Shown here piece by piece: positions 26,496 through 35,617 of a DNA stretch of 44,246 nt. The DNA lies in IMG/VR virus record IMGVR_UViG_3300037470_000544, positions 1 to 44,246 of that record; one strand, 5' to 3'. A program made the position numbers and the translations under genes. The stretch comes from a virus (Duplodnaviria > Caudoviricetes). Under the pieces are notes generated by a model. It worked only from the letters and a program-made list of their open reading frames with translations, did not search any database and was not told where the DNA came from. Within the stretch, counting starts at the first letter, position 1. Each line of letters opens with the position of its first letter.

Positions 26496-26990
26496 GTGGC
26501 TAAAGAACGAAAAAAATTTACCAGCATTCAGCCCGATCTGTTCCAGGAACTGGCCGAGGCCACCGCACTGGAGGCCCGTGATGCCCAAGACCTCGATATC
26601 AACCTAGAGCTGATGGCCGCCACAAAGCATGCCATTCGCGAGGCCCGCCAGCTGGGGTATAGCCGGGAGCGCATCGTGGAACGCATGAACCTGTGCCTGC
26701 CGGAAGCCGCGAAGAAAGACCAGATCACCCTGCGCCAGCTCAATGCCTGGACCGCCCACAGCAAGGAATACCACAACATGCCCGCCCGCTATTTGCCCGC
26801 GTTCTGCTGGGCCACCCAGTCCCTGTTGCCGCTGCTCGCCCTGGTGCAGCCCCTGGGGTACGACCTGGTGGATGGCCGGGAGCAGCTGGTGGCGCAGCTG
26901 GGCAGCAAGCTGCTGGATCAGGCCAGGGCCAGGCGCGATATCAAGCGCCTCGAACAGATTTTGCACCCCCGTATACGGGGCGATTTTTAA
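26496..26990 (+). CDS. Early hypothetical/regulatory protein (possibly CII-like)
   Basis: SRERIVERM..LNAWTA.S..H.MP..YLPAFC pattern; GGAG RBS before GTG. Confidence 0.7.
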   Translation: MAKERKKFTSIQPDLFQELAEATALEARDAQDLDINLELMAATKHAIREARQLGYSRERIVERMNLCLPEAAKKDQITLRQLNAWTAHSKEYHNMPARYLPAFCWATQSLLPLLALVQPLGYDLVDGREQLVAQLGSKLLDQARARRDIKRLEQILHPRIRGDF

Positions 26991-27064
26991 ATCCACGCGG
27001 TCGCGGGGAATTGAAATCGGCGCGGCGCGCCGATTTGAAAACGCCGCGGCGCGGCGATTTGAAA
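26989..27064. repeat. Three tandem ~24-bp palindromes
   Basis: AAATCCACGCG-GT-CGCGGGGAATT, AAATCGGCGCG-G-CGCGCCGATTT, AAAACGCCGCG-G-CGCGGCGATTT. Confidence 0.8.
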
Positions 27065-27076
27065 GGAGCATCGAAA

Positions 27077-27193
27077 ATGTTGAAGCACATACCGCCTTTA
27101 CCCCCGATTGATTATTCCCAGATCAACTGGAGAGCCTGGTTTGTCGTGGCTCTTGTGGTTGGATTCTGGGTGGAAGTTTTTACCTGGCTTTAA
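27077..27193 (+). CDS. 38-aa single-TM protein
   Basis: AAGGAG RBS; hydrophobic C-terminus AWFVVALVVGFWVEVFTWL. Confidence 0.55.
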   Translation: MLKHIPPLPPIDYSQINWRAWFVVALVVGFWVEVFTWL

Positions 27194-27217
27194 TGACACA
27201 GACCTTGAGGAACCAAC

Positions 27218-28198
27218 ATGACAACTAAAGAAGTAATCGCACCGGAAACCATCGCCCATGAGCTTGACCTGCTCGGGCAGGCGATCGAGGTGGTCCAGAC
27301 AAATGACGCCGACGACCTCATTGCGCTGGCGGTAACAGAAATGAACAAAGCATCGGTAAGTATCGCCCGCGCCGGATTCTATCTACTGAATCTTAAATCT
27401 GTGGTCGGTCACGGTGAGTTTGAGACCTCGATTAAAGCACACGGCATCGCTGGTCAGAGAGCCCGCGAAGCGATGAAGGTCGCCCAGGCGTTAATGGCTC
27501 TCCCGCCTGCAACCGCCAAGAAGCTGATCCACATGCCCAAGGCCAAGACCGTCGAACTATCGAAGATCGATCCCGATGATCTCGACCGTCTGACACAGTC
27601 GGGCGAACTGGATGAGATAGCCACCATGTCGCGTGACGACCTTCGTGACTACGTACGCAGCCTGCAAAACAAAAACACCAACCTGAGCACGCAGCTGGAA
27701 ACCGAGCAGCTCAAAGCCAGGGAACTGAAAAAGCAAATGAGTGGTCGCCAGGCGAATTCGGAGTACCCGGATTTTGTTGAGCTGGTGCGTCACGAGTCGA
27801 CCGCGCTCACCAATAAGATCGACATTTGCACGGATGATCTCAGTCGGCTGTTCCAGGAGCTGGCCGACATCGAAAACATGAGCACCAAACAGGACGCGGA
27901 CTTTGCGCGTTTTGTCACCATCGCCAAAAGCACCCTTTATCACAACATCGCCGGTGCACTGGCAAAGTTTGAATCCCTCACTAACGAGGTCTACTCAACC
28001 TACGGCGACGACATCGCACTGAGCGTGGACCCGGTTTATTTCTTCAGCGATGCGGAGGCACTGGCAGCCATCGACAATAGACAGCTGCTAATTGCTGAAC
28101 ACAAACAGGAAGCCCTGATTCGTGAAAACGAACGCGAACTGAGAAAACCTCGGGGACGCGGACGACCCGCAACCAAAAAGAAGGCACGTAAGCAATGA
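27218..28198 (+). CDS. DUF3102-like protein preceding transposase
   Basis: AGFYLLNLKSVVGHGEF...RAREAMKVA motif, coiled coil, basic tail; overlaps transposase start. Confidence 0.7.
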   Translation: MTTKEVIAPETIAHELDLLGQAIEVVQTNDADDLIALAVTEMNKASVSIARAGFYLLNLKSVVGHGEFETSIKAHGIAGQRAREAMKVAQALMALPPATAKKLIHMPKAKTVELSKIDPDDLDRLTQSGELDEIATMSRDDLRDYVRSLQNKNTNLSTQLETEQLKARELKKQMSGRQANSEYPDFVELVRHESTALTNKIDICTDDLSRLFQELADIENMSTKQDADFARFVTIAKSTLYHNIAGALAKFESLTNEVYSTYGDDIALSVDPVYFFSDAEALAAIDNRQLLIAEHKQEALIRENERELRKPRGRGRPATKKKARKQ

Positions 28199-29850
28199 GC
28201 AGGGTAGTGGCATTGAATCCCATGTTCGACCCTGCGCCCTTTGCCCATGACCAGAAAACCGACTGGATGCAGCTGCCCGCTGCAAAACGGGAACTGGCTA
28301 TGAAGCGCGAACGCTTCATAAAGCCGGTCATTGAAAAAATCAACCTGGGCAGCAGCGCACGTGTCGCCATCGATAATCTGCTAACACGCCTGGCAGCCAA
28401 CCAGGCCGGTGAGGACATGCAGCGGCTGGCTACTGAGCTGGGGCGCAAACATAAACCGCCCAGCATGGCAACGCTGCAACGCTGGATAGCCGACTACCAG
28501 GCACAGGGCATCATCGGCCTGGCATCCGGGCACAAAGGCCGCCAGCGCAAAACCTATGGATGGGAAGCGCGTGCCTTGTACTGGTATCAGAAACCCACCC
28601 ATCTGGCCATGGCGGCAATCGCCGATCTGCTAGTCCAGGAAGCATTTGAAGAGGTCACCGAAAGTCGGGTGACCCGTTACCTGAATTCACTACCACACGA
28701 CGTGCTCAACCAGAGACGCATGGGCGCGAAAACGTACCGGGATGCACACAAGCCATTCGTTCGTCGTGATACCGATTGCATTCCCCCCGGCGCCATATAC
28801 CAGGGAGATGGTCACACCATCGACGCTTATCTTGCTCACCCGATAACAGGGAATCCATGGCGGCCAGAGTTAACCGTGTGGATCGATGTGGGCAGTCGCC
28901 GAATCGTCGGCTGGTATATGTCTGTGGCTGAATCCAGCGTCTCGACGCTTTTCAGTTTATCGCATGCCTTGATATCGCACGACCATGTGCCTGCGGCCCT
29001 GCACATCGACAATGGCTCCGGCTTCAAATCGAAAATGATGAACGATGAAAGTATCGGCTTTTATGCGCGCTTTGATATTCAGACCATGTTCAGCATCCCC
29101 GGCAATCCAAAAGCCAAAGGCCAGGTGGAACGCTGGTTTAGAACATTACGCGACCGCTTCGACAAAACCTTCGATAGCTACTGCGGCCATGACATGTCGG
29201 GTGACGCCCTGCGTGAACTGCTGGCTGATGTTAAGAAAGGCAAAAAGCAGCTGCCCACTCTGGACGTCTATCTGGATGGGCTGAACCGATTCATCGAGCA
29301 CTATAACAACAAGCCACATTCATCACTGAACGGTGACACGCCCGAGCAGCGCTGGCAAAAGCTGGAGCGCACGCCTGTTCATATGATCGACCAGGCGATC
29401 GTGCGGCCACGTATCCAGCGCAAGGTGTCACGTGGAACCATTCGCCTGTTCAATCGCGAATACCGCCACGCTGAACTGATCCGATATAACCAGGACGTCC
29501 TGAACATCGAATACGACCTGCATAACGATTCGATGGTGCGGGTGATGACCATGGATGAACGTTTCATCTGCGACGCTGCGTTAACACAGCGCATGCCTTA
29601 CGTGTCAGCCAGTCGCCTGGAGGACATGCAGCAACAACGTCTGGCCGGCCAGGTTAAGCGGCTCGAACGCCATGTGGAAGAAAAACGCGAACGGGCTCGC
29701 ATGGGCATTAACCATGAGGACTATATCAAAGCGCTGGGCGTGGATACGGATGGCGCTATCGAGCATCAGGCCATGGGCTCACTCGAAGAACTGGATGACG
29801 CGAAGGTGGAACAGGATATTCCCATCAACATTTTCGATACCGATTACTAA
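28195..29850 (+). CDS. Mu-type DDE transposase (A)
   Basis: HTH (SMATLQRW), YQGDGH, LHIDNGSGF, KGQVERWF, YNNKPHSSL, C-terminal beta domain. Confidence 0.95.
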   Translation: MSRVVALNPMFDPAPFAHDQKTDWMQLPAAKRELAMKRERFIKPVIEKINLGSSARVAIDNLLTRLAANQAGEDMQRLATELGRKHKPPSMATLQRWIADYQAQGIIGLASGHKGRQRKTYGWEARALYWYQKPTHLAMAAIADLLVQEAFEEVTESRVTRYLNSLPHDVLNQRRMGAKTYRDAHKPFVRRDTDCIPPGAIYQGDGHTIDAYLAHPITGNPWRPELTVWIDVGSRRIVGWYMSVAESSVSTLFSLSHALISHDHVPAALHIDNGSGFKSKMMNDESIGFYARFDIQTMFSIPGNPKAKGQVERWFRTLRDRFDKTFDSYCGHDMSGDALRELLADVKKGKKQLPTLDVYLDGLNRFIEHYNNKPHSSLNGDTPEQRWQKLERTPVHMIDQAIVRPRIQRKVSRGTIRLFNREYRHAELIRYNQDVLNIEYDLHNDSMVRVMTMDERFICDAALTQRMPYVSASRLEDMQQQRLAGQVKRLERHVEEKRERARMGINHEDYIKALGVDTDGAIEHQAMGSLEELDDAKVEQDIPINIFDTDY

Positions 29851-29875
29851 AGACGATAAACCACGAGGTGAACCT

Positions 29876-30928
29876 ATGACTACAGCCATTCAACACCAGC
29901 AGAGCCAGACGGAAATACCGTCTGAGTTTTCGGACAAGTACAGCGAAGACGACAAGGCCAAGGTGATTGAGATTATCAACTGGATCAATGAGGGCCAGAG
30001 CCATGCGCCCGGTTATGCCAACCAGCGCTCGCAGTCTAAGCTGGCCAAGGCATCGGACATCGCACAAACCACGCTGAACTCATTGCTGCGCGGTAAGTAC
30101 CCCAGCCCACCCACCCGGCACCTGAATAAGCTCATGGACACCCTGCGTCGTCAGTCGCAGCGTGAAAAGGAAAACGTCGGTGACAACCCGTTTGTAGAAA
30201 CCACGATTTACCACATGGTGGACGCGGCCTGCCATCGTGCACACATGTACCGCTCCTTCGGTGTGGTATCGGCCTACGTCGGCACCGGCAAGACCTGGGC
30301 ATTAAAACATTACTGCGAACGCCACCCCAATAGCATCCTGGTCGAGGCCACGCCCGACATGAACTCGGCGGTGCTGTTGCGGGAGATTGTCGACAAAACC
30401 GGTGCCATTGTGCAGAAGAGCCACAAGTGGGCGCGCGGCACCAAGAACGACATGATGGACGCCATCATCCGCACCCTCAAGGGCACCGATAAGCTGCTCA
30501 TCCTGGATGAGGCGGACAAGGTCTCGACACAGACACTGGAATATGTTCGGCGTATTTCAGATATCTGCAAAATCGGCGTGGTGCTCTCCGGCACCGAGCT
30601 GCTGCAACCCATGATCAAAGACCCGCGTGGCCGCTTTGGCCAGATATCGTCTCGCGTGCTGTTCTGGCCCCCGGTGATGAAAAACATCAGCGAGAAGGAC
30701 GCCCACAAGATTGTGGGCGCGGCGCTCGATGGCGAAGCCGAACTGACCCCTGAGATTCACAAGGCCTTCTTTGACATGTGCGACGGCTCGGCCCGTGTGC
30801 TCGCGCGCAGCCTGGTGACCGGCGTGCGTGACTACGGCATTCGCAAGGGTCACGACCTGACACCTGAATTGATCTATCGCGTCGGCGAGGAACTGCTTGG
30901 CTTCAAGAAACCGAAAGGGAGGAAATGA
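29876..30928 (+). CDS. Transposition AAA+ ATPase (B); start 29876
   Basis: N-terminal HTH, Walker A YVGTGKT, Walker B LLILDEAD, QISSRV; GAGG RBS. Confidence 0.92.
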   Translation: MTTAIQHQQSQTEIPSEFSDKYSEDDKAKVIEIINWINEGQSHAPGYANQRSQSKLAKASDIAQTTLNSLLRGKYPSPPTRHLNKLMDTLRRQSQREKENVGDNPFVETTIYHMVDAACHRAHMYRSFGVVSAYVGTGKTWALKHYCERHPNSILVEATPDMNSAVLLREIVDKTGAIVQKSHKWARGTKNDMMDAIIRTLKGTDKLLILDEADKVSTQTLEYVRRISDICKIGVVLSGTELLQPMIKDPRGRFGQISSRVLFWPPVMKNISEKDAHKIVGAALDGEAELTPEIHKAFFDMCDGSARVLARSLVTGVRDYGIRKGHDLTPELIYRVGEELLGFKKPKGRK

Positions 30929-31197
30929 TGGAAACCTACAGCGACGAATACATCGAGCACTACGGCGAGCTGTACGTCAAGGCGAATGCTGAATACCGAC
31001 TGCTGGACCGGGGCATCCGCTTCGAGGCGTTTCTCGCCAACCCGACATTTTTCCTGGGCGGCGCTCAACTGGTTCGTGAAATCGACGAACTGATTGAGAA
31101 GCACGAAATGGAAGTTGAACAACTGCCGGGTGGCGGCATGCGCTACGGCGCCTATTTTCAATCCATGCATCACCACCGCTACGCGCGTAGCCGGTAA
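30925..31197 (+). CDS. Hypothetical protein
   Basis: Coupled to B, GGAGG RBS. Confidence 0.7.
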   Translation: MMETYSDEYIEHYGELYVKANAEYRLLDRGIRFEAFLANPTFFLGGAQLVREIDELIEKHEMEVEQLPGGGMRYGAYFQSMHHHRYARSR

Positions 31198-31207
31198 GGA
31201 GCCAGCC

Positions 31208-31465
31208 ATGAACCCTGTGAACAACCCGCCGACCGACCAGGACGTGCTCAACCTGCTCTTTATCTGCCGGGACATCGGCGACATCGCTGAGAGCAACCGC
31301 CAGTATCAACAGCGCCTGGCAGAGCGCGTCGCTGAAACCGGCAAGCCGCTGTCATTCCTGACCGTCGCAGAGCTGCTGGCCCTGGATGCCGATGAGAGCC
31401 GCAAATTCAATGCCGACACGCGCATAAAAAACCACCAAGGAGAATACCATGAGCCCCGTGATTGA
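31208..31465 (+). CDS. Hypothetical protein
   Basis: AAGGAG RBS before ATG 31208. Confidence 0.68.
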   Translation: MNPVNNPPTDQDVLNLLFICRDIGDIAESNRQYQQRLAERVAETGKPLSFLTVAELLALDADESRKFNADTRIKNHQGEYHEPRD

Positions 31466-32033
31466 AACCATGTCTGGCCAATCAGTGCACCTGTTGCACC
31501 CGGATGTCGACACCATCGTATTCGAAGACATCGCCTACGCGCTGAGCCGCATTAGTCGCTACAACGGCCATACTGCCGGCGAATACCCCTATAGCGTGGG
31601 CCAGCACAGCCTGTGGTGCGCGCGCATTGCAGTAAAGCACTGGCATGTATCGGCGAGCACCGCGCTCAAGGTGTTGATGCACGATGCCCACGAAGCCTAC
31701 ACCGGCGACATTATACGGCCTATCAAGCTGGCCGACGGCGTAAACATCGACGCGATTCAGGATCATCTGCAACGGGCGATCGAAGTGGCGCTGGGCTACC
31801 CGCCACCAGATACCTACGAGCAGAAAATCATCAATACCATCGATAACTATGCGCTGGCGGTGGAGTCGCTGCACCTGATGCCATCGAAAGGTATCGACTG
31901 GGATGTGCCTACGCCGCCACCCGAAATCCAGCTGCAGTGGGATGATCCTGTGTCATCCATGTTCGTGTACGGTCGGTTCGCTTCGGTATTTGAGCTACTG
32001 AAAGCCGGGGACAAGCGCGCGCTATGCGAGTAG
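31449..32033 (+). CDS. HD-superfamily phosphohydrolase (YfdR/YfbR-like 5'-deoxynucleotidase)
   Basis: DIAYALSRISRYNGH, YSVGQHS, LMHDAHEAYTGDI. Confidence 0.88.
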   Translation: MSPVIETMSGQSVHLLHPDVDTIVFEDIAYALSRISRYNGHTAGEYPYSVGQHSLWCARIAVKHWHVSASTALKVLMHDAHEAYTGDIIRPIKLADGVNIDAIQDHLQRAIEVALGYPPPDTYEQKIINTIDNYALAVESLHLMPSKGIDWDVPTPPPEIQLQWDDPVSSMFVYGRFASVFELLKAGDKRALCE

Positions 32034-32602
32034 AGATCACCTGCCCGGCGTGCATGCATGCCTTCGACCTGGAGCAGGCGCGCAGCGACGGCGACTGGCG
32101 TGACCTGGTGCAAACCATCATGGCCCTGCCCGAGTGCGTACACCGGCCACTGTGGCAGTACCTGGGCCTGTTCCAGGGCAAGCAGCAGATCCGCTCCATC
32201 AAGATGCTGCGCATTGTAAAAGAGCTGGGGCCGATGATTCGCGAGGCGAAGGTCGCGCGCAATCGGATCGACTATGTGGTGACAGCGCAACAGTTCGCGC
32301 GCGCCATGCAATACCTGGTGGATACCCGACCCGAATCACTGGTGCTGCCACTGAAAAGCAACGGCTACCTGCTCGGCATGCTGGCCAACCAGGCCGAGCA
32401 GCAACTCGCGCGGGCCGAGGCAAAGCACGATGAAAATCTGCGAGCCGGTAACCGCCCGGTCGAGACCCAGCCACAACCACAGACCCCAGCTACCCCCAAG
32501 GCGCCTAAGGAGGATGCACCCAAGAGCAAGACAAAACCGGAAGACTGGAATCGCCTGACCAAAAAGCTGGGCGTTTCTAAACCACCTTTAAACGACGATT
32601 GA
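32024..32602 (+). CDS. Hypothetical protein with N-terminal CxxC
   Basis: CPAC, YLGLF, LPLKSNGYL motifs; coupled ORF. Confidence 0.72.
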   Translation: MRVEITCPACMHAFDLEQARSDGDWRDLVQTIMALPECVHRPLWQYLGLFQGKQQIRSIKMLRIVKELGPMIREAKVARNRIDYVVTAQQFARAMQYLVDTRPESLVLPLKSNGYLLGMLANQAEQQLARAEAKHDENLRAGNRPVETQPQPQTPATPKAPKEDAPKSKTKPEDWNRLTKKLGVSKPPLNDD

Positions 32603-32628
32603 TCATTCAATAAAGAGGTTTTAAAACC

Positions 32629-33264
32629 ATGGCACAGCAAGACCCAACAACCGAAGACGTTATACCCAAAGGCTATATGAAAAATGCCGAGGGCCATCTG
32701 GTGCCCGTGAAGCTGGTATCCAGTATCGACAAGAAGCGTGACCAGCTGGTGCGCGACATCGTGAAACGCGCCAAGGCCCTGCGCGATCCGCTGGCGGAAT
32801 TCCGCAAGCAGGCGGAAAACGAAATCCAGGCATTCATTCAATCATCCGCCGACCAGTACGATGCCAAGATCGGTGGCAAGAAGGGCAACGTCTCGCTGCT
32901 CAGCTTCGACGGCCGATTCAAGGTGATGCGCACCTATGGTGAGCAGGTGTACTTCGACGAACGCATTCAGGCGGCCAAGGCGCTGATCGACGAATGCATT
33001 CATAAGTGGGCCAAAGGCTCACGCTATGAGATCAAGGCGCTGGTCGAGCACGCCTTTCAAACGGACAAGCAGGGCAACATCAACAAGGACCGGGTGCTCG
33101 GTTTGAAAAAACTGGATATCAAGGATGAGCAATGGCAGCGGGCCATGAAAGCGATCACCGACTCCATGCAGGTAATGAGCCGCAAGTCCTATGTACGGCT
33201 GTATGAGCGCGATGGTGATGATGGTGAGTACAAGCCGATATCGCTCGACATCGCGGCGCTTTGA
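32629..33264 (+). CDS. DUF3164 family protein
   Basis: GYMKNAEGHLVP, GGKKGNVSLLSFDG, FDERIQAAKALIDEC, KSYVRLYER, ISLDIA. Confidence 0.88.
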   Translation: MAQQDPTTEDVIPKGYMKNAEGHLVPVKLVSSIDKKRDQLVRDIVKRAKALRDPLAEFRKQAENEIQAFIQSSADQYDAKIGGKKGNVSLLSFDGRFKVMRTYGEQVYFDERIQAAKALIDECIHKWAKGSRYEIKALVEHAFQTDKQGNINKDRVLGLKKLDIKDEQWQRAMKAITDSMQVMSRKSYVRLYERDGDDGEYKPISLDIAAL

Positions 33265-33278
33265 TTTAGGAGAACCCT

Positions 33279-33992
33279 ATGAATGAATTAACAGCATTAA
33301 GACATCTATGGGAACAGGTGCGCCGGGTCAGCATGACGCCGCCGGTCGACGACGACTTTCCACAGGTGATTAGCGACATGTATGCCGCCCATGATGAGGC
33401 TGGCGAGGTGCTGAATACCGCGTTCAACATAACCGACCACCTGGAACGCCAACGCGCCTGGTCGCTGAAGACCTTCGGCCCAGGCATGCGCACCAAGGGT
33501 GTGATTGATCACATGCGCAAGGAACTGGATGAGATCGAGCAGAATCCGCACGACCTGGAGGAGCGCATCGATCTCATCGGCCTGGCATTCGACGGTGCCC
33601 TGCGGGCCGGCTTTACCCCGGATGAAATCATCCAGCAGATGGTGGATAAGCAGCTGATCAACGAAAACCGCACCTGGCCGGACTGGAAAACCGCCGACCC
33701 GGACAAAGCGATCGAGCACGTGCGGTCATCCGACGGGCTTACGGATATTGATAAGGTGTTGGTTTACGAAGACTGGGTGAGGCACCAGAAGGATCATGGC
33801 AGGTCGCTCGCGGAATTTCCGTGCCCGGAATGTCTGCATCCGCTCTTTACTCGATTGCCACCGCCAGGTGAAAGCTTCAGCAGCCTGGCGTCATGCCCCT
33901 ATTGCAATGACGTGTTTTTCAAAGTCGTCAATCCCAATGGCGACGTGGACCTGGTGGACGAACGTGCCATGAGGGAACGACATGGATATTAA
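33279..33992 (+). CDS. DUF550 (MazG-like dATP/dGTP diphosphohydrolase) domain protein with C-terminal zinc finger
   Basis: WSLKTFGPG..GVIDHMRKELDEI...N..RTWPDW..AIEHVR; CPEC...CPYC. Confidence 0.85.
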   Translation: MNELTALRHLWEQVRRVSMTPPVDDDFPQVISDMYAAHDEAGEVLNTAFNITDHLERQRAWSLKTFGPGMRTKGVIDHMRKELDEIEQNPHDLEERIDLIGLAFDGALRAGFTPDEIIQQMVDKQLINENRTWPDWKTADPDKAIEHVRSSDGLTDIDKVLVYEDWVRHQKDHGRSLAEFPCPECLHPLFTRLPPPGESFSSLASCPYCNDVFFKVVNPNGDVDLVDERAMRERHGY

Positions 33993-34182
33993 GACAAAAA
34001 GAGAGAAGCAGATATCCAGTTTAATCAATACATCGGTCGATGATTGTAAAGCCAGTCTACCGCATTACGACGATCCCCATATGCTTATCGAGCTACTGAT
34101 CAGGTGCCATGACGATGGGCATAGGAGCCGAGAAACGCTGGTCAGGCGTCGGATTATCGAGCTTATAAATCGATCTCGTTAA
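33982..34182 (+). CDS. Hypothetical protein
   Basis: Coupled ORF with GAGGG RBS. Confidence 0.6.
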   Translation: MDIKTKREKQISSLINTSVDDCKASLPHYDDPHMLIELLIRCHDDGHRSRETLVRRRIIELINRSR

Positions 34183-34196
34183 TGGAGTCGCTTGCT

Positions 34197-34679
34197 ATGC
34201 CTATACGCCCTGAAAACAAACACCGCTACCCGAAGGACTGGAAACTGCGCAGCCGCTTTGTGCGTGAATACCGGGCGGGTAACCAGTGTGAGTGGTGCGG
34301 TGTTTGTAACCATGCTGTGGGTCACCGTGATGCCCAGGGCCGCTTTGTGCCCGTGCAAGGAAACCTGTATTTAAATCTTGCAGGCCAGGGGATGTCCTAC
34401 CCACAGCTCGACATGCTCTCGTACAAAAAGGCGCGCCAAATCGCCGATGCGCTCAATGATGAGTATGCGGCTGACTATGGTGTGAAGTTTATCGTGGTGG
34501 TGCTCACGGTTGCTCACATTCATGATGACCGGCCTGAAGCGTCGCAGCTGCTGAACCTGGCTGCTTTGTGCCAGCGCTGCCATAACCGTCATGACCAGAA
34601 GGATCGGCAGGCGCACCGACGCCAGCGGCTGGTGCGGGAAAGTGGACAGCTGGGACTATTTGGACTTAGCCATGACTGA
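34197..34679 (+). CDS. HNH-like zinc-binding protein
   Basis: MPIRPENKHRYP, CEWC, VVLTVAH, NLAALCQRCHNRHD. Confidence 0.8.
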   Translation: MPIRPENKHRYPKDWKLRSRFVREYRAGNQCEWCGVCNHAVGHRDAQGRFVPVQGNLYLNLAGQGMSYPQLDMLSYKKARQIADALNDEYAADYGVKFIVVVLTVAHIHDDRPEASQLLNLAALCQRCHNRHDQKDRQAHRRQRLVRESGQLGLFGLSHD

Positions 34680-35115
34680 CCGTAACCGATATTACAAATT
34701 ACTGCAGGTTGGCAAAAAACAGCTCGATATGGATGAGCACAGCTACCGTGCTCTGCTGGCCGACAACGGCGCCACCGAGAAGGGTGGCAGAATATCGGCC
34801 AGCACGTTGAGTGACGGCGACCTGGTGAAAGCAGTCATTGCCATGGAGCGACTGGGATTCAAGCCGACACGCCGGTCGAACGTGGCCAGGATGAGCAACT
34901 GGCGCACGCCCAGGATAAAAAAGATCACTGCCCTTTGGTGCACCCTGGCAGACGCGGGTGTGGTCGAGAACCGCAGCGAAGAAGCCATGGAAGCGTTTTG
35001 CGTCGGGCTGATGGTATCGGATCGGCTGCGGTGGGCGAGTTCGCAGGATCTGAACAAATGTATCGAGGCGCTGAAAAGCTGGGGCCGTCGAGAAGGTGTG
35101 GCCGTTGACGGGTGA
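34672..35115 (+). CDS. GemA-like regulatory protein (DUF1018)
   Basis: KKQLDMDEHSYRALL, MERLGFK, KITALW, CIEALKSW; precedes mor-like gene. Confidence 0.85.
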   Translation: MTDRNRYYKLLQVGKKQLDMDEHSYRALLADNGATEKGGRISASTLSDGDLVKAVIAMERLGFKPTRRSNVARMSNWRTPRIKKITALWCTLADAGVVENRSEEAMEAFCVGLMVSDRLRWASSQDLNKCIEALKSWGRREGVAVDG

Positions 35116-35518
35116 CGATCTACAATGGGTGGATTTAAAACTGCTGCCGCCGCAGGTGCGGCTGCTGGCCGAGGTCATGGGCCTACCCGATACCATCAAG
35201 CTGTTGAAGCGTCGCGGCGGCCTGCGCGTGCGTGTGCCCACAGGGTGCCGGGAAGACAGCTGGCTTAAGCAGATCATCTCGCCTGCGGCCTTCGATGCGC
35301 TCTGTAAAAGCCAGTATGCGGGTGAACGCCTGACGCTGCCTAAAATGGATAAGGTCACCGACCAGATACGCAATCGCTATATCCTGACTATGAAGGGCAA
35401 AATGAGCAAATCGGAACTGGCCAGGCAATATGACCTATGCATTCGCCAGGTGCAGCGCATCTGGAACCAGGAGGGCGGCGATGATCAAAATCTTGACATG
35501 TTCGACGATGCGGTGTGA
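35096..35518 (+). CDS. Mor/C family transcription activator (start 35096-35105)
   Basis: LAEVMG..TIKL...GG, RNRYI, C-terminal HTH ELARQYDLCIRQVQRI; last gene before lysis. Confidence 0.85.
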   Translation: MWPLTGDDLQWVDLKLLPPQVRLLAEVMGLPDTIKLLKRRGGLRVRVPTGCREDSWLKQIISPAAFDALCKSQYAGERLTLPKMDKVTDQIRNRYILTMKGKMSKSELARQYDLCIRQVQRIWNQEGGDDQNLDMFDDAV

Positions 35519-35557
35519 ACTATAGCGTCACCTCAAGGTTTATAGCCTTGTCATTGT

Positions 35558-35617
35558 AGAGGGGAGACACATGTCTCCCCTCTTTTTTTTGCCTGCTCTC
35601 ATCCATGCTATTTCCCA
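35558..35617 (+). promoter_or_regulatory. Putative late promoter of lysis/packaging arm (P_lys-like), may double as terminator of early operon
   Basis: 26-bp palindrome 35558-35583, T-tract, CATGCT -10, ATG at 35617; same geometry as 24035-24094. Confidence 0.72.

Noticed and set aside
31449-33992. Z-genome (2-aminoadenine) pathway
   Set aside because: No PurZ or DpoZ in the complete prophage; an adenine methylase is present
24069-35583. Inverted 26-bp palindromes as recombination sites of an invertible early region
   Set aside because: No invertase or recombinase gene is present, flipping this segment would not restore Mu order, and the fixed spacing to -10 and ATG fits promoters better
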